A stretch of 32,000 bases of DNA from Dickeya dadantii NCPPB 898. GTDB taxonomy: Bacteria > Pseudomonadota > Gammaproteobacteria > Enterobacterales > Enterobacteriaceae. Below, one piece after another: positions 18,558 to 26,902 of this stretch (position 1 is the first letter of the stretch; every line of letters begins with the position of its first letter). The stretch covers positions 4,117,472-4,149,471 of the forward strand of contig NZ_CM001976.1 of the NCBI RefSeq assembly GCF_000406145.1. Reading direction: 5' to 3'. The notes beneath the pieces were generated by a model, which saw only the letters and a program-made list of their open reading frames with translations, did no database searches and was not told the DNA's origin. A program made the position numbers and the translations under genes.

Positions 18558-18587
18558 TTGAAATCATTAAGGTTGAAACCATTAAGG
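18558..18587. repeat. Tandem 15-bp direct repeat with one mismatch
   Basis: The units are ttgaaatcattaagg and ttgaaaccattaagg, preceded by a partial aagg (18553-18556). The repeat lies in an AT-rich non-coding gap between the LysR stop and the MCP start. Confidence 0.75.
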
Positions 18588-18667
18588 TAAACAATAACGT
18601 TCTCTGGCAGGACGGCGTGTAATAACGCGCGATCGGATCTTCGGTTCCGTGGAGAACGAGATATCAC

Positions 18668-19564
18668 TTAACGAAAAGAATAATCACGCAATGCCTCAAA
18701 ACTCAGAGCAAAATCAATAAAGCAGTTAAGGGCGGGTGAATTCAGTTTGCGTCCGGGATAAATCAGATAGAGATCGTTGCTATCCGCCCGCCATCCGGGC
18801 AGCAAGCAGACCAGCTCGCCGCTGTCCAGTTGTTCGCGGCACAGGAACGCCGGCAACAGCGTAATGCCGCCGCCGGCCAGCGCGCAGGCTCGGGCATACA
18901 GCAAATTATCGGTAATATGCGATTGCGGTAGCCGCCAGAGGAAATATTCCGCTTCATGATGAAACCCCCACTCCGGCCAGGCTCGATGCGCAATACAGCG
19001 GTGCGACTGCAATTCACGCGGGTGTGCGATCGGCTCGGAACCCGCCAGATACCCAGCCGAAGCGACCAGATAATGCGGCACCTGCCCCAGCGAACGGCCA
19101 ATCAGGGAAGAATCCTGCGGCTTGCCGGTGCGCAGCGCGGCGTCAAACCCTTCGTCCACCAAATCGATGACCCGATCGGCAACAACGACATCCAGCGAAA
19201 CCGCCGGAAAGCGCAACTGAAACTCCGCGGTCAGGCGCGCCAGCAGGGTGGCCCCCAACCCGGCCGGACTGGTGATCCGCAAACGCCCACTGGGATTATC
19301 GCGCAAGTGCTGCATCGCCATCTCGGCGCGTTCACTGGCTTGCCGCATCTCCCGGCAATGCACCAGATAACGTTCGCCGGCAAAGGTCAGATTGAGCTTG
19401 CGAGTGGTGCGGTTAAACAGCCGTAGCCCCAACGACTGCTCCAGTTGACTGATGCGCAGGCTGAGGCTCGACTTGGCTATGCCCGCCTGTCTGGCGGCTT
19501 CGGTAAAACTGCCGCATTCCGCCACCAGCGCGAACAGCGCCATATCCTGTAATTGTTTGAACAT
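18668..19564 (-). CDS. LysR-family transcriptional regulator
   Basis: The 298-aa ORF has the N-terminal wHTH pattern MFKQLQDMALFALVAECGSFTEAARQAGIAKSSLSLRISQLEQSLGLRLFNRTTRKLNLTFAGE, followed by a typical LTTR substrate-binding domain. It is divergent from the oxidoreductase gene across 110 bp. Confidence 0.9.
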   Translation of the reverse strand: MFKQLQDMALFALVAECGSFTEAARQAGIAKSSLSLRISQLEQSLGLRLFNRTTRKLNLTFAGERYLVHCREMRQASERAEMAMQHLRDNPSGRLRITSPAGLGATLLARLTAEFQLRFPAVSLDVVVADRVIDLVDEGFDAALRTGKPQDSSLIGRSLGQVPHYLVASAGYLAGSEPIAHPRELQSHRCIAHRAWPEWGFHHEAEYFLWRLPQSHITDNLLYARACALAGGGITLLPAFLCREQLDSGELVCLLPGWRADSNDLYLIYPGRKLNSPALNCFIDFALSFEALRDYSFR

Positions 19565-19674
19565 GATTGTTCTTCATAGTCGAACACTTCGTTAGTAATT
19601 GTCCATCTTATCAGCACTATCGACAGGTTCTACACTGTTATGCAGTCCAACACGTAACAATGGAAAAACTCATC

Positions 19675-20676
19675 ATGACAGTAAAAGCGATAGCCGTTGA
19701 CCCCAAACAACCCGAGAACTTCATAGAAATCACCGCCGAATTACCACACCCCGGCGAACACGACCTGTTGGTGGCCGTAAAAGCGGTATCGGTTAACCCG
19801 GTCGACACTAAAGTTCATGCCGGGTTGCGTCGGGACGGCCTGCAACATCCGCGCATTCTTGGCTGGGACGCCAGCGGCGTCGTTATCAAAACCGGTTCAG
19901 CGGTGAGCGGTTTCAAAGCGGGGGACGAAATCTGGTATGCAGGCGATATCACGCGCCCCGGCAGCAACAGCACGCACCAACTGATCGATGCGCGTATCGC
20001 CGCGCATAAACCTGCCACGCTGAACTGGGCTGAAGCAGCCGCGCTGCCGCTGACGGCCCTGACCGCTTGGGAAGGATTATTCGAGCATCTGAACATCCAG
20101 CACGCGGCTAAAGGCAAAACGCTGCTGATTATCGGCGGCGCCGGCGGCGTCGGCTCGCTAGCCATTTCTTTGGCGGCACAGCGCAGCGAGGCGACGATCA
20201 TCGCTACCGCTTCCCGTCCCGACTCCGCGCAATGGTGTCGTGATCGAGGCGCTCATCTGGTGGTGGATTACCGCCATCTGGAGGATGAATTGAAAAAGCA
20301 GAACATTGAGCAGGTCGATTATATTTTCTGCCTGAATGATACCGACGGCCACTGGGATGCCATCAGTCGGTTAATCGCACCGCTGGGACACATTTGCACC
20401 ATCGTGGAAAACACCCGGCCGCTGGACCAGAACCAACTCAAGCTAAAAAGCGCTGCGCTACACTGGGAATTCATGTTTACCCGCAGCATGTTCACTACGC
20501 CGGACATCGCGCGTCAGGGCGAAATCCTGCGTGAGGTGGCGCAACGGGTGGATAGCGGCGAATTGCAGGGCACCCTCAGCCAAACGTTGAACGGGCTGAC
20601 CACCACCACACTGAAACAAGCGCACGATGCCGTACTGGCCGGTCATATGCGCGGCAAAGTGGTGATCACGCTGTAG
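19675..20676 (+). CDS. MDR-superfamily NAD(P)-dependent oxidoreductase, of the group annotated as zinc-binding alcohol dehydrogenase family / quinone-oxidoreductase-like
   Basis: The frame runs 19567-20676. It cannot start at 19567, which is only 2 nt from the LysR start. I prefer the ATG 19675 (MTVKAIAVDPKQPENF, 333 aa). ATG 19660 is an alternative. Motifs are VSVNPVDTKV, ILGWDASGVV, GDEIWYAGDITRPGSN, AAALPLTALTAWE and the Rossmann motif GGAGGVG. The classical catalytic-zinc Cys/His ligands are not evident. Confidence 0.85.
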   Translation: MTVKAIAVDPKQPENFIEITAELPHPGEHDLLVAVKAVSVNPVDTKVHAGLRRDGLQHPRILGWDASGVVIKTGSAVSGFKAGDEIWYAGDITRPGSNSTHQLIDARIAAHKPATLNWAEAAALPLTALTAWEGLFEHLNIQHAAKGKTLLIIGGAGGVGSLAISLAAQRSEATIIATASRPDSAQWCRDRGAHLVVDYRHLEDELKKQNIEQVDYIFCLNDTDGHWDAISRLIAPLGHICTIVENTRPLDQNQLKLKSAALHWEFMFTRSMFTTPDIARQGEILREVAQRVDSGELQGTLSQTLNGLTTTTLKQAHDAVLAGHMRGKVVITL

Positions 20677-20683
20677 TTAAAAC

Positions 20684-20728
20684 AACATGAAATAAACCAA
20701 CATAAAATAAACCGGCATAAAAAAAGCC
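20684..20728. repeat. Three degenerate tandem copies of a 15-bp A-rich unit
   Basis: The units are aacatgaaataaacc, aacataaaataaacc and ggcataaaaaaagcc. The array starts right after the oxidoreductase stop and runs into the terminator stem. Confidence 0.65.
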
Positions 20729-20744
20729 AGCCCGGTGGGCTGGC
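20726..20744. terminator. Intrinsic terminator for serA (minus strand), possibly bidirectional
   Basis: The hairpin is gccagccc-ggt-gggctggc. The minus strand reads gccagcccaccgggctggc followed by ttttttt. The T-tract on the plus strand is weaker (ttcctcatt). Confidence 0.8.
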
Positions 20745-20791
20745 TTCCTCATTAAGCCGAATTATCGGTTACAACCGGCTTGCCCCCATAC

Positions 20792-22024
20792 TCAGTACAA
20801 CAAACGAGCGCGAATGGTGCCGGGGATGGATTTCATCAGTTGCAGCGCGGTGTCGGCGCCGTCGGTTTCCACATCAATCACCACATAACCGATTTCCGGG
20901 CTGGTCTGCAGGTACTGCGCCGCGATGTTGATGCCCTGCTCGGCAAAAATGTGGTTAATCTGCGTCATGATACCCGGACGGTTTTCATGGATGTGCAGCA
21001 GACGGCTGGCGCGGTCGCTGTGCGTCGGCAACGACACTTCCGGGAAGTTGACGGCAGACAGTGTGGAACCATTGTCGGAATACTTCACCAGTTTACCGGC
21101 CACTTCATCACCGATGTTCTCCTGCGCTTCTTCAGTAGAACCGCCGATATGCGGCGTCAGGAGCACGTTATCGAACTCGCACAGCGGCGACAGGAACGGA
21201 TCGCTATTGGTCGCCGGCTCCTGCGGGAACACGTCGATAGCTGCGCCGGAGAGGTGCTTGCTGGCAAGCGCATTGCTCAGCGCCGGAATGTCCACCACGG
21301 TGCCGCGCGACGCGTTGATCAGGATAGAACCCGGCTTCATCAGCGCCAGTTCGTCGGCGCCGATCATATTCTGGGTACTGTCGGTTTCCGGCACATGCAG
21401 GCTGACCACATCGCTCATGTTCAGCAGGTCGGATAAATGACGTACCTGTTGGGCGTTGCCCAGCGGCAATTTGCTTTCGATATCGTAGAAATAGACGTGC
21501 ATCCCCAGGCTTTCGGCCAGAATACCCAGTTGGGTACCGATGTGACCGTAACCAATGATGCCCAGTTTCTTGCCGCGCGCTTCAAAGCAGCCAACCGCCT
21601 GCTTGTGCCAGATACCACGGTGAGCTTTGGCGTTGGCGGTCGGAATGCCGCGCAGCAGCAGCAGCAACTCGCCGATCACCAATTCGGCCACGGAACGGGT
21701 ATTGGAAAAAGGCGCGTTGAAGACTGGGACACCGCGCTTGGTCGCTGCCGACAGTTCAACCTGATTGGTACCGATGCAGAAACAGCCGACGGCCACCAGT
21801 TTCTCGGCGGCGGCGAAAATCTCTTCCGTCAGATGCGTGCGCGATCGAATTCCCACAAAGTGCGCATCACGAATCGATGCTTTCAGCGCTTCCGGGTCAA
21901 GCGCCCCCTTATGGTATTCAATATTGGTATAACCTGCGGCGCGCAGATTCTCCAGCGCGTTCGGGTGTACACCCTCCAGCAGCAGAAACTTAATCTTGTC
22001 TTTTTCCAGTGATACCTTTGCCAT
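20792..22024 (-). CDS. serA: D-3-phosphoglycerate dehydrogenase
   Basis: The 410-aa ORF starts MAKVSLEKDKIKFLLLEGVHPNALENL. It has the NAD motif GIIGYGHIGTQ and a C-terminal ACT domain. Length and sequence match E. coli SerA. Confidence 0.97.
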   Translation of the reverse strand: MAKVSLEKDKIKFLLLEGVHPNALENLRAAGYTNIEYHKGALDPEALKASIRDAHFVGIRSRTHLTEEIFAAAEKLVAVGCFCIGTNQVELSAATKRGVPVFNAPFSNTRSVAELVIGELLLLLRGIPTANAKAHRGIWHKQAVGCFEARGKKLGIIGYGHIGTQLGILAESLGMHVYFYDIESKLPLGNAQQVRHLSDLLNMSDVVSLHVPETDSTQNMIGADELALMKPGSILINASRGTVVDIPALSNALASKHLSGAAIDVFPQEPATNSDPFLSPLCEFDNVLLTPHIGGSTEEAQENIGDEVAGKLVKYSDNGSTLSAVNFPEVSLPTHSDRASRLLHIHENRPGIMTQINHIFAEQGINIAAQYLQTSPEIGYVVIDVETDGADTALQLMKSIPGTIRARLLY

Positions 22025-22279
22025 TTCCCGACCTTATTTTCAGACTTCAGATATAACGGTTTGCAAACCGGTCTCTGCAAACATAACAAAAAATACGCAA
22101 GCGGCAATACAAACGATTGCCTGCCCGTTTTTTCGCGCCACCTCACCCGAAGGGTTTCACGACAAAAAATACTGCCAACCACCAGCAGGACCACACAGGG
22201 ATGATGCGAAATAAGAAAAACTGATATTAAGTACCAAAAATGAGCCGTTAACCCTAGCCGGATTTTTTAGATAAAAAAA

Positions 22280-22304
22280 TCCGGCCGCCGTTAGCGTCAC
22301 CGGA
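22280..22304 (-). terminator. Intrinsic terminator of rpiA
   Basis: The minus strand reads tccggtgacgctaacggcggccgga followed by ttttttt (plus-strand A-run 22273-22279). It lies 24 nt after the rpiA stop. Confidence 0.7.
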
Positions 22305-22327
22305 TACGGGCAAGAAACAACAACGAT

Positions 22328-22990
22328 TTATTTCAGGCGAACCGTTTTCACCCCGTCGGACGTGCCCACCAGCGCGACGTCCGCGCCGCGATTAGCGAAC
22401 AACCCCACCGTCACCACGCCGGCAAGACCATTGATACGATTTTCCATCGCCACCGCATCGGACAGATCCATGTTGTGCACATCCAGAATGATATTGCCGT
22501 TGTCGGTAACCACACCGTCACGATATACCGGCTGCCCGCCCAGCTTGACCAGCTCACGGGCCACGTAGGCGCGCGCCATCGGAATCACTTCCACCGGCAG
22601 CGGGAAACGCCCCAGCACATCCACCTGTTTGGACGCATCGACAATACACACGAACTGACGGGCGATCGCCGCTACGATTTTTTCCCGGGTCAGCGCCGCG
22701 CCGCCGCCTTTGATCATCTGCATGTGCGGGTTGATTTCATCCGCGCCATCCACGTAGACATCGAGCACATCCACGTCATTGCAGTCAAAGACCGGAATTC
22801 CCAGGCTTTTGAGCCTGGCGGTAGAGGCGTCCGAACTGGAGACGGCGCCTTCGATCTGATGCTTGACTGAAGCCAGCGCATCAATAAAGTGGGCGGCGGT
22901 AGAGCCGGTCCCCACGCCAACAATAGTACCGGGGCGAACATAGTCGAGTGCGGCCCAGCCAACGGCTTTTTTCAGTTCATCCTGCGTCAT
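22328..22990 (-). CDS. rpiA: Ribose-5-phosphate isomerase A
   Basis: The frame runs 22328-23080. I place the start at the ATG 22990, giving [39 protein letters not shown] (220 aa), as in E. coli RpiA. The 30 upstream codons have no support. Confidence 0.96.
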   Translation of the reverse strand: MTQDELKKAVGWAALDYVRPGTIVGVGTGSTAAHFIDALASVKHQIEGAVSSSDASTARLKSLGIPVFDCNDVDVLDVYVDGADEINPHMQMIKGGGAALTREKIVAAIARQFVCIVDASKQVDVLGRFPLPVEVIPMARAYVARELVKLGGQPVYRDGVVTDNGNIILDVHNMDLSDAVAMENRINGLAGVVTVGLFANRGADVALVGTSDGVKTVRLK

Positions 22991-23185
22991 GGTGTGCTTG
23001 TGCCTGTAGCTACGAAAACGTGTGCGTATTATAGGGCATGGCATGCTCAAAAGCAGAGGGTTGTGCCCTGACCGCGGCAATATTTCAGCCTCCGCGCGCC
23101 GAGTCAGGCGATTTTTTTCGGCGGTGCATCACAAAAATGTGGCATATTGCCGAAATGGTTTTTACGCAAAGGAATCTTCACCTTC

Positions 23186-24079
23186 ATGAAACGCCCGGAC
23201 TATCGCACCCTTCAGGCGCTGGACGCCGTGATCCGTGAGCGAGGCTTTGAACGCGCCGCACAAAAACTCTGTATTACGCAGTCCGCCGTCTCGCAACGTA
23301 TCAAACAGCTGGAGAATCTGTTCGGTCAGCCGCTGCTGGTGAGAACGATTCCGCCGCGTCCGACCGAGCAAGGGCAGAAGCTGCTGGCGCTGCTGCATCA
23401 GGTGGAATTACTGGAAGAAGAGTGGCTGGGCAACGAAAACAGCAGTGAAACGCCGCTGCTGCTGTCGCTGGCGGTCAACGCCGACAGCCTGGCGACCTGG
23501 CTGCTGCCCGCGCTGCAACCGGTGCTGGTGGATTCGCCGATCCGGCTGAATCTGCAGGTGGAAGATGAAACCCGCACCCAGGAACGCCTGCGTCGGGGCG
23601 AAGTGGTGGGCGCGGTGAGTATTCAGCCTCAGCCGTTGCCAAGCTGTCTGGTGGATAAGCTGGGCGCGCTGGACTATCTGTTCGTCGCGTCGCCGGGATT
23701 CGCCAACCGTTACTTCCCGAACGGCGTGACCCGCTCCGCGTTGCTGCGTGCGCCGGTGGTGGCGTTCGACCATCTGGATGACATGCATCAGGCGTTTTTG
23801 CAGCAGAACTTCGACCTGCCGCCCGGCAGCGTACCCTGCCACATCGTTAACTCGTCCGAAGCCTTCGTACAGCTGGCTCGGCAGGGTACCACCTGCTGTA
23901 TGATCCCTCATTTGCAAATCGAAAGAGAACTGGCCAACGGCGAGCTGATCGACCTGACGCCGGGGCTGTTCCAGCGCCGCATGCTGTACTGGCATCGTTT
24001 CGCGCCGGAAAGCCGGATGATGCGGCAGGTCACTGACGCTCTGCTCACGCACGGGCATCAGGTTCTGCGCCAGTCCTGA
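23186..24079 (+). CDS. argP: LysR-family regulator ArgP (IciA)
   Basis: The frame runs 23147-24079. I place the start at the ATG 23186, giving [54 protein letters not shown] (297 aa). This is nearly identical to E. coli ArgP and is divergent from rpiA, as in E. coli. Confidence 0.96.
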   Translation: MKRPDYRTLQALDAVIRERGFERAAQKLCITQSAVSQRIKQLENLFGQPLLVRTIPPRPTEQGQKLLALLHQVELLEEEWLGNENSSETPLLLSLAVNADSLATWLLPALQPVLVDSPIRLNLQVEDETRTQERLRRGEVVGAVSIQPQPLPSCLVDKLGALDYLFVASPGFANRYFPNGVTRSALLRAPVVAFDHLDDMHQAFLQQNFDLPPGSVPCHIVNSSEAFVQLARQGTTCCMIPHLQIERELANGELIDLTPGLFQRRMLYWHRFAPESRMMRQVTDALLTHGHQVLRQS

Positions 24080-24108
24080 CGTTAAAAACCGCGCCCGTTC
24101 AGTCTGTT

Positions 24109-24837
24109 TCAGGGCGCGCGTTGCAGTTCAAACACCACATCCACCTGATCGTCAAAGTGAATGGTCTGTTGTTCGTAGGTCTGAGAGACCTCGCTTTGCG
24201 CCACCATATCGGCGGTTTTGAACATGCGGGCAACCGGCACGGGTTGATAGTTGGCGACGTGATAGCGGATGCTGTAGACAGGCCCCAGCGCGGCGTTAAA
24301 TCCGCTAGCCAGCGACTGCGCCTGCTGCGTCGCCTGCTCTATCGCCTTTTTGCGCGCCTGCTCGCGGTAGACGTCCGGATTGGATACCCCCAGTTCCACC
24401 GCCCGAATCTCGTTAAGACCGGACTTGAGCGCGCCGTCCAGCAATTCGTTGAGTTTGTCCAGTTGGCGTAATGTCACCTCCACCTGACGAATCGCCCGGT
24501 AGCCTTTCAGCACCGAACCGCCGTTTTTCAGGTAGTCGTACTCCGGCTGCGTGCGCAGGTTGGCGGCATTAATGTCTTTCTTGTCGATACCGCTTTTATC
24601 AAGAAAAGCAAAGTATTGCGCGACCCGTTCATCCACCTGCTTTTTGGCGTCGGCCACATCCTTGGATGAAACGCTGACTTCTATCGCCAGCCGGGCGATA
24701 TCCGGCGTTGCATCGACGCTGGCGGCGCCGGACGTCACGATGTGCGGCCCGCTGGGTAATTCATTGCCGGCCTGAACCGTCATCGACGACAGACCAATAC
24801 CAAGCAAGGTGGTCAGTGCCAGAACTTTCAGCTTCAC
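24109..24837 (-). CDS. yggE: SIMPL/DUF541 periplasmic oxidative-stress defence protein YggE
   Basis: The frame runs 24109-24891. I prefer the GTG 24837, preceded by AGGGGA 5 nt upstream. It gives (M)KLKVLALTTLLGIGLSSMTVQA|GNELPSGPHIVTSGAASVDATPDIA (242 aa), collinear with E. coli YggE (MKFKVIALAAL...ELPDGPHIVTSG) as I remember it. Confidence 0.88.
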   Translation of the reverse strand: MKLKVLALTTLLGIGLSSMTVQAGNELPSGPHIVTSGAASVDATPDIARLAIEVSVSSKDVADAKKQVDERVAQYFAFLDKSGIDKKDINAANLRTQPEYDYLKNGGSVLKGYRAIRQVEVTLRQLDKLNELLDGALKSGLNEIRAVELGVSNPDVYREQARKKAIEQATQQAQSLASGFNAALGPVYSIRYHVANYQPVPVARMFKTADMVAQSEVSQTYEQQTIHFDDQVDVVFELQRAP

Positions 24838-24859
24838 GTTATCCCCTTTGCGTGTGAGT

Positions 24860-24893
24860 GAATGACAAAGCCTACCCCGGGCAGGCTTCATTC
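24860..24893 (-). other. Long imperfect stem-loop between the IclR-type gene and yggE
   Basis: The minus strand reads gaatgaagcctgccc-ggg-gtaggctttgtcattc. The arms gaatga/tcattc and agcctgcc/ggtaggct pair, with a small bulge. No U-tract follows. It ends 23 nt upstream of the yggE GTG. A TATATT -10-like hexamer (24899-24894) lies just upstream. Confidence 0.55.
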
Positions 24894-24911
24894 AATATAG
24901 GCGAATGTCCG

Positions 24912-24939
24912 AATACCGGTTCGTGTTCCAATACCGGTT
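24912..24939. repeat. Direct repeat AATACCGGTT twice (18-bp period), part of a run of four ACCGG cores
   Basis: aataccggtt occurs at 24912-24921 and 24930-24939. Further ACCGGA (24952-24957) and ACCGGC (24963-24968) cores follow. All lie in the 133-bp gap upstream of yggE. Confidence 0.7.
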
Positions 24940-24970
24940 AAGTATGGCGTAACCGGATGAAGACCGGCGC

Positions 24971-25807
24971 TTATGCAGACGGCGTGAATCCCAGTTCGTG
25001 GGAAATGTTCCGGGCGGTTTCCTGCAACGGCGCGACCAACGCGTCAATGCCGATCTGCTGTAAACGCGCCATCGACAGCGAAATGGAAACGGCATAAACC
25101 ACCCGGTGCTGGATATCAAACACCGGGGCGGAAATGCAGGAAACGCCCAGTTCATTCTCTTCCCGATCCATTGCCAGACCCTGACGGCGAATCTCCGCCA
25201 GTTCCCGCTCCATGCTTGCCAGTTCGATGATGGTATTGTCGGTCAGGGGACGAATGTCGTCCCGGTGGGTATGCCAGTATTCGGCCGGGTAATCTTCTGC
25301 GCCATAGGCCATGAAAATCTTGCCCATCGCCGAACTGTGCAAAGACATATGCTGGCCGATATACGCACGGGTACGCATCATACCGGTGGTGGGTTCCAGC
25401 TTGTAAATCAGGATCGCGTGGTCGTCTTCACGCGTTGAAAAATTAACGGTTTCACCCACCGTCAGGTTGAGTTCTTCAAGGTGCGGCGCCGCCACATGCA
25501 ACACATTCAGCGACGAGAGCGCCTTCTGGCCGATAGCGATGAACTTGGTGGTCAGGCGATAGCTGCCCGGCTGTCGCGCCGGCGCGACATAGCCGCACCC
25601 GGCCAGCCCTTGCAACAAACGGTGGACAGTGCTTTTGTTCATGCCGGACAACTCGGCAATCCGCGCCAGCGGGCACCCATTAGGGTAATCACTCAGTATT
25701 TCGATCAACTGTAAACCGCGAAACAGGCTTTGACTCCCCAGCGGCTTTTCCGCCTTTCCCTCGTCATCAATGCTACGTTCATTTATCACGTCTGATCTTC
25801 CTCTCAT
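24971..25807 (-). CDS. IclR-family transcriptional regulator, YiaJ(PlaR)-like
   Basis: The frame runs 24971-25903. Long stretches resemble E. coli YiaJ as I remember it: GSQSLFRGLQLIEILSDYPNGCPLARIAELSGMNKSTVHRLLQGL...SYRLTTKFIAIGQKALSSLN...REDDHAILIYKLEPTTGMMRTRAYIGQHM...MDREENELGVSCISAPVFD...VSISLS. I prefer the ATG 25807 (MRGRSDVINERS..., 278 aa). The GTG 25789, with AGAGGAAG upstream, is an alternative. Confidence 0.85.
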   Translation of the reverse strand: MRGRSDVINERSIDDEGKAEKPLGSQSLFRGLQLIEILSDYPNGCPLARIAELSGMNKSTVHRLLQGLAGCGYVAPARQPGSYRLTTKFIAIGQKALSSLNVLHVAAPHLEELNLTVGETVNFSTREDDHAILIYKLEPTTGMMRTRAYIGQHMSLHSSAMGKIFMAYGAEDYPAEYWHTHRDDIRPLTDNTIIELASMERELAEIRRQGLAMDREENELGVSCISAPVFDIQHRVVYAVSISLSMARLQQIGIDALVAPLQETARNISHELGFTPSA

Positions 25808-25926
25808 TACGCCCGCCAGGACATCAAACTCTGACGGGACGAGGACCATCATGAAACAGCATTTTATGTGATGCAATAGAGGAAACCGCCTCCGCGCCGC
25901 CATAGACGCCGACCGGAGACATGTTA

Positions 25927-26811
25927 TTACAGCGTAGGCGCGCTCTGAGAGCCGGTCTGCGCAGAGGAAGCGCCATGATGCAGGTGCACGTCCATCTGCG
26001 GGTAAGGAATGCCGATACGGTGCTCATCCAGCGCCCGTTTGAAGCTTTCCAGCAGATCCCAGTACACCGCCGCCGCATCGCCGTTGCTGGTCCAGACCCG
26101 AACCACGAAATTGAGCGAGGAGGCGCCCATTTCATTCAAACGAATGGTGACGCCCTTATCCTGCTGGATGCGCGTATCCGCCGCTACAATGTCTCCCAGC
26201 ACGGTTTTCACCACATCGATATCCGCGTCATACGCCACGCCGACAATAATTTCGGTACGGCGATCCGGTTCACGGGAGCTATTGATGATGTTGCCGGCGA
26301 TAATCTTGCCATTCGGCACCACAATCACCTTGCCGTCGGCCGTCAGCAGCGTGGTGGAAAAAATCTGCACCTGCGTCACCGTACCGGCGACGCCACCCAG
26401 ATCCACCGACTCGCCGGTACGAAACGGCCGGAACACCACCAGCAGCACCCCGGCGGCAAAGTTCGACAGTGAGCCTTGCAACGCCAGACCAACCGCCAGG
26501 CCGGCGGCGCCCAATACGGCGATGACCGACGCAGTCTGTACCCCGACCCGGCTTAACGCCGCGATCAGCGTGAAAGCAATAATGCCGTAGCGCACCAGTG
26601 CGGACAGAAAATCCGCCACCGTGACGTCGATACCGCGAGCCACCATCAGCCGGCTCATCGTGTTCGACATAATGCGGGCGACAACCATCCCGACGCACAG
26701 GATCACCAGCGAGGCGACGATATTCACCCCGTACTGCAACAAGATATGTTGGTTATTCACCAGCCATGACTGCAGACGACCCATGCTTTCGGCTACGTTG
26801 AGTTCTTCCAT
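25927..26811 (-). CDS. mscS: Small-conductance mechanosensitive channel MscS
   Basis: The 294-aa ORF starts [21 protein letters not shown] and contains [60 protein letters not shown]. It is collinear with E. coli MscS. Confidence 0.96.
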   Translation of the reverse strand: MEELNVAESMGRLQSWLVNNQHILLQYGVNIVASLVILCVGMVVARIMSNTMSRLMVARGIDVTVADFLSALVRYGIIAFTLIAALSRVGVQTASVIAVLGAAGLAVGLALQGSLSNFAAGVLLVVFRPFRTGESVDLGGVAGTVTQVQIFSTTLLTADGKVIVVPNGKIIAGNIINSSREPDRRTEIIVGVAYDADIDVVKTVLGDIVAADTRIQQDKGVTIRLNEMGASSLNFVVRVWTSNGDAAAVYWDLLESFKRALDEHRIGIPYPQMDVHLHHGASSAQTGSQSAPTL

Positions 26812-26861
26812 CTGTTCGCTCCTGTTAGCGTTATTCGCGTTATCTGTGCGCAGATAAAATT

Positions 26862-26881
26862 AAGGCTCCCGCAGGAGCCTT
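26862..26881 (-). terminator. Terminator-like hairpin after fbaA
   Basis: The hairpin is aaggctcc-cgca-ggagcctt. The minus strand is followed by aattttatct. It lies 22 nt after the fbaA stop. Confidence 0.6.
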
Positions 26882-26902
26882 CGTCAAACCATACTGAGAA
26901 AA

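Noticed and set aside
18139-18667. An 84-aa plus-strand ORF (18139-18393) and an 85-aa minus-strand ORF (18410-18667, GTG directly after the LysR stop)
   Set aside because: The first overlaps the MCP start in antisense. The second lies in AT-rich DNA, has an odd composition (many R, F and L), and has no Shine-Dalgarno sequence. Neither resembles any family I know. The region is treated as non-coding regulatory DNA.
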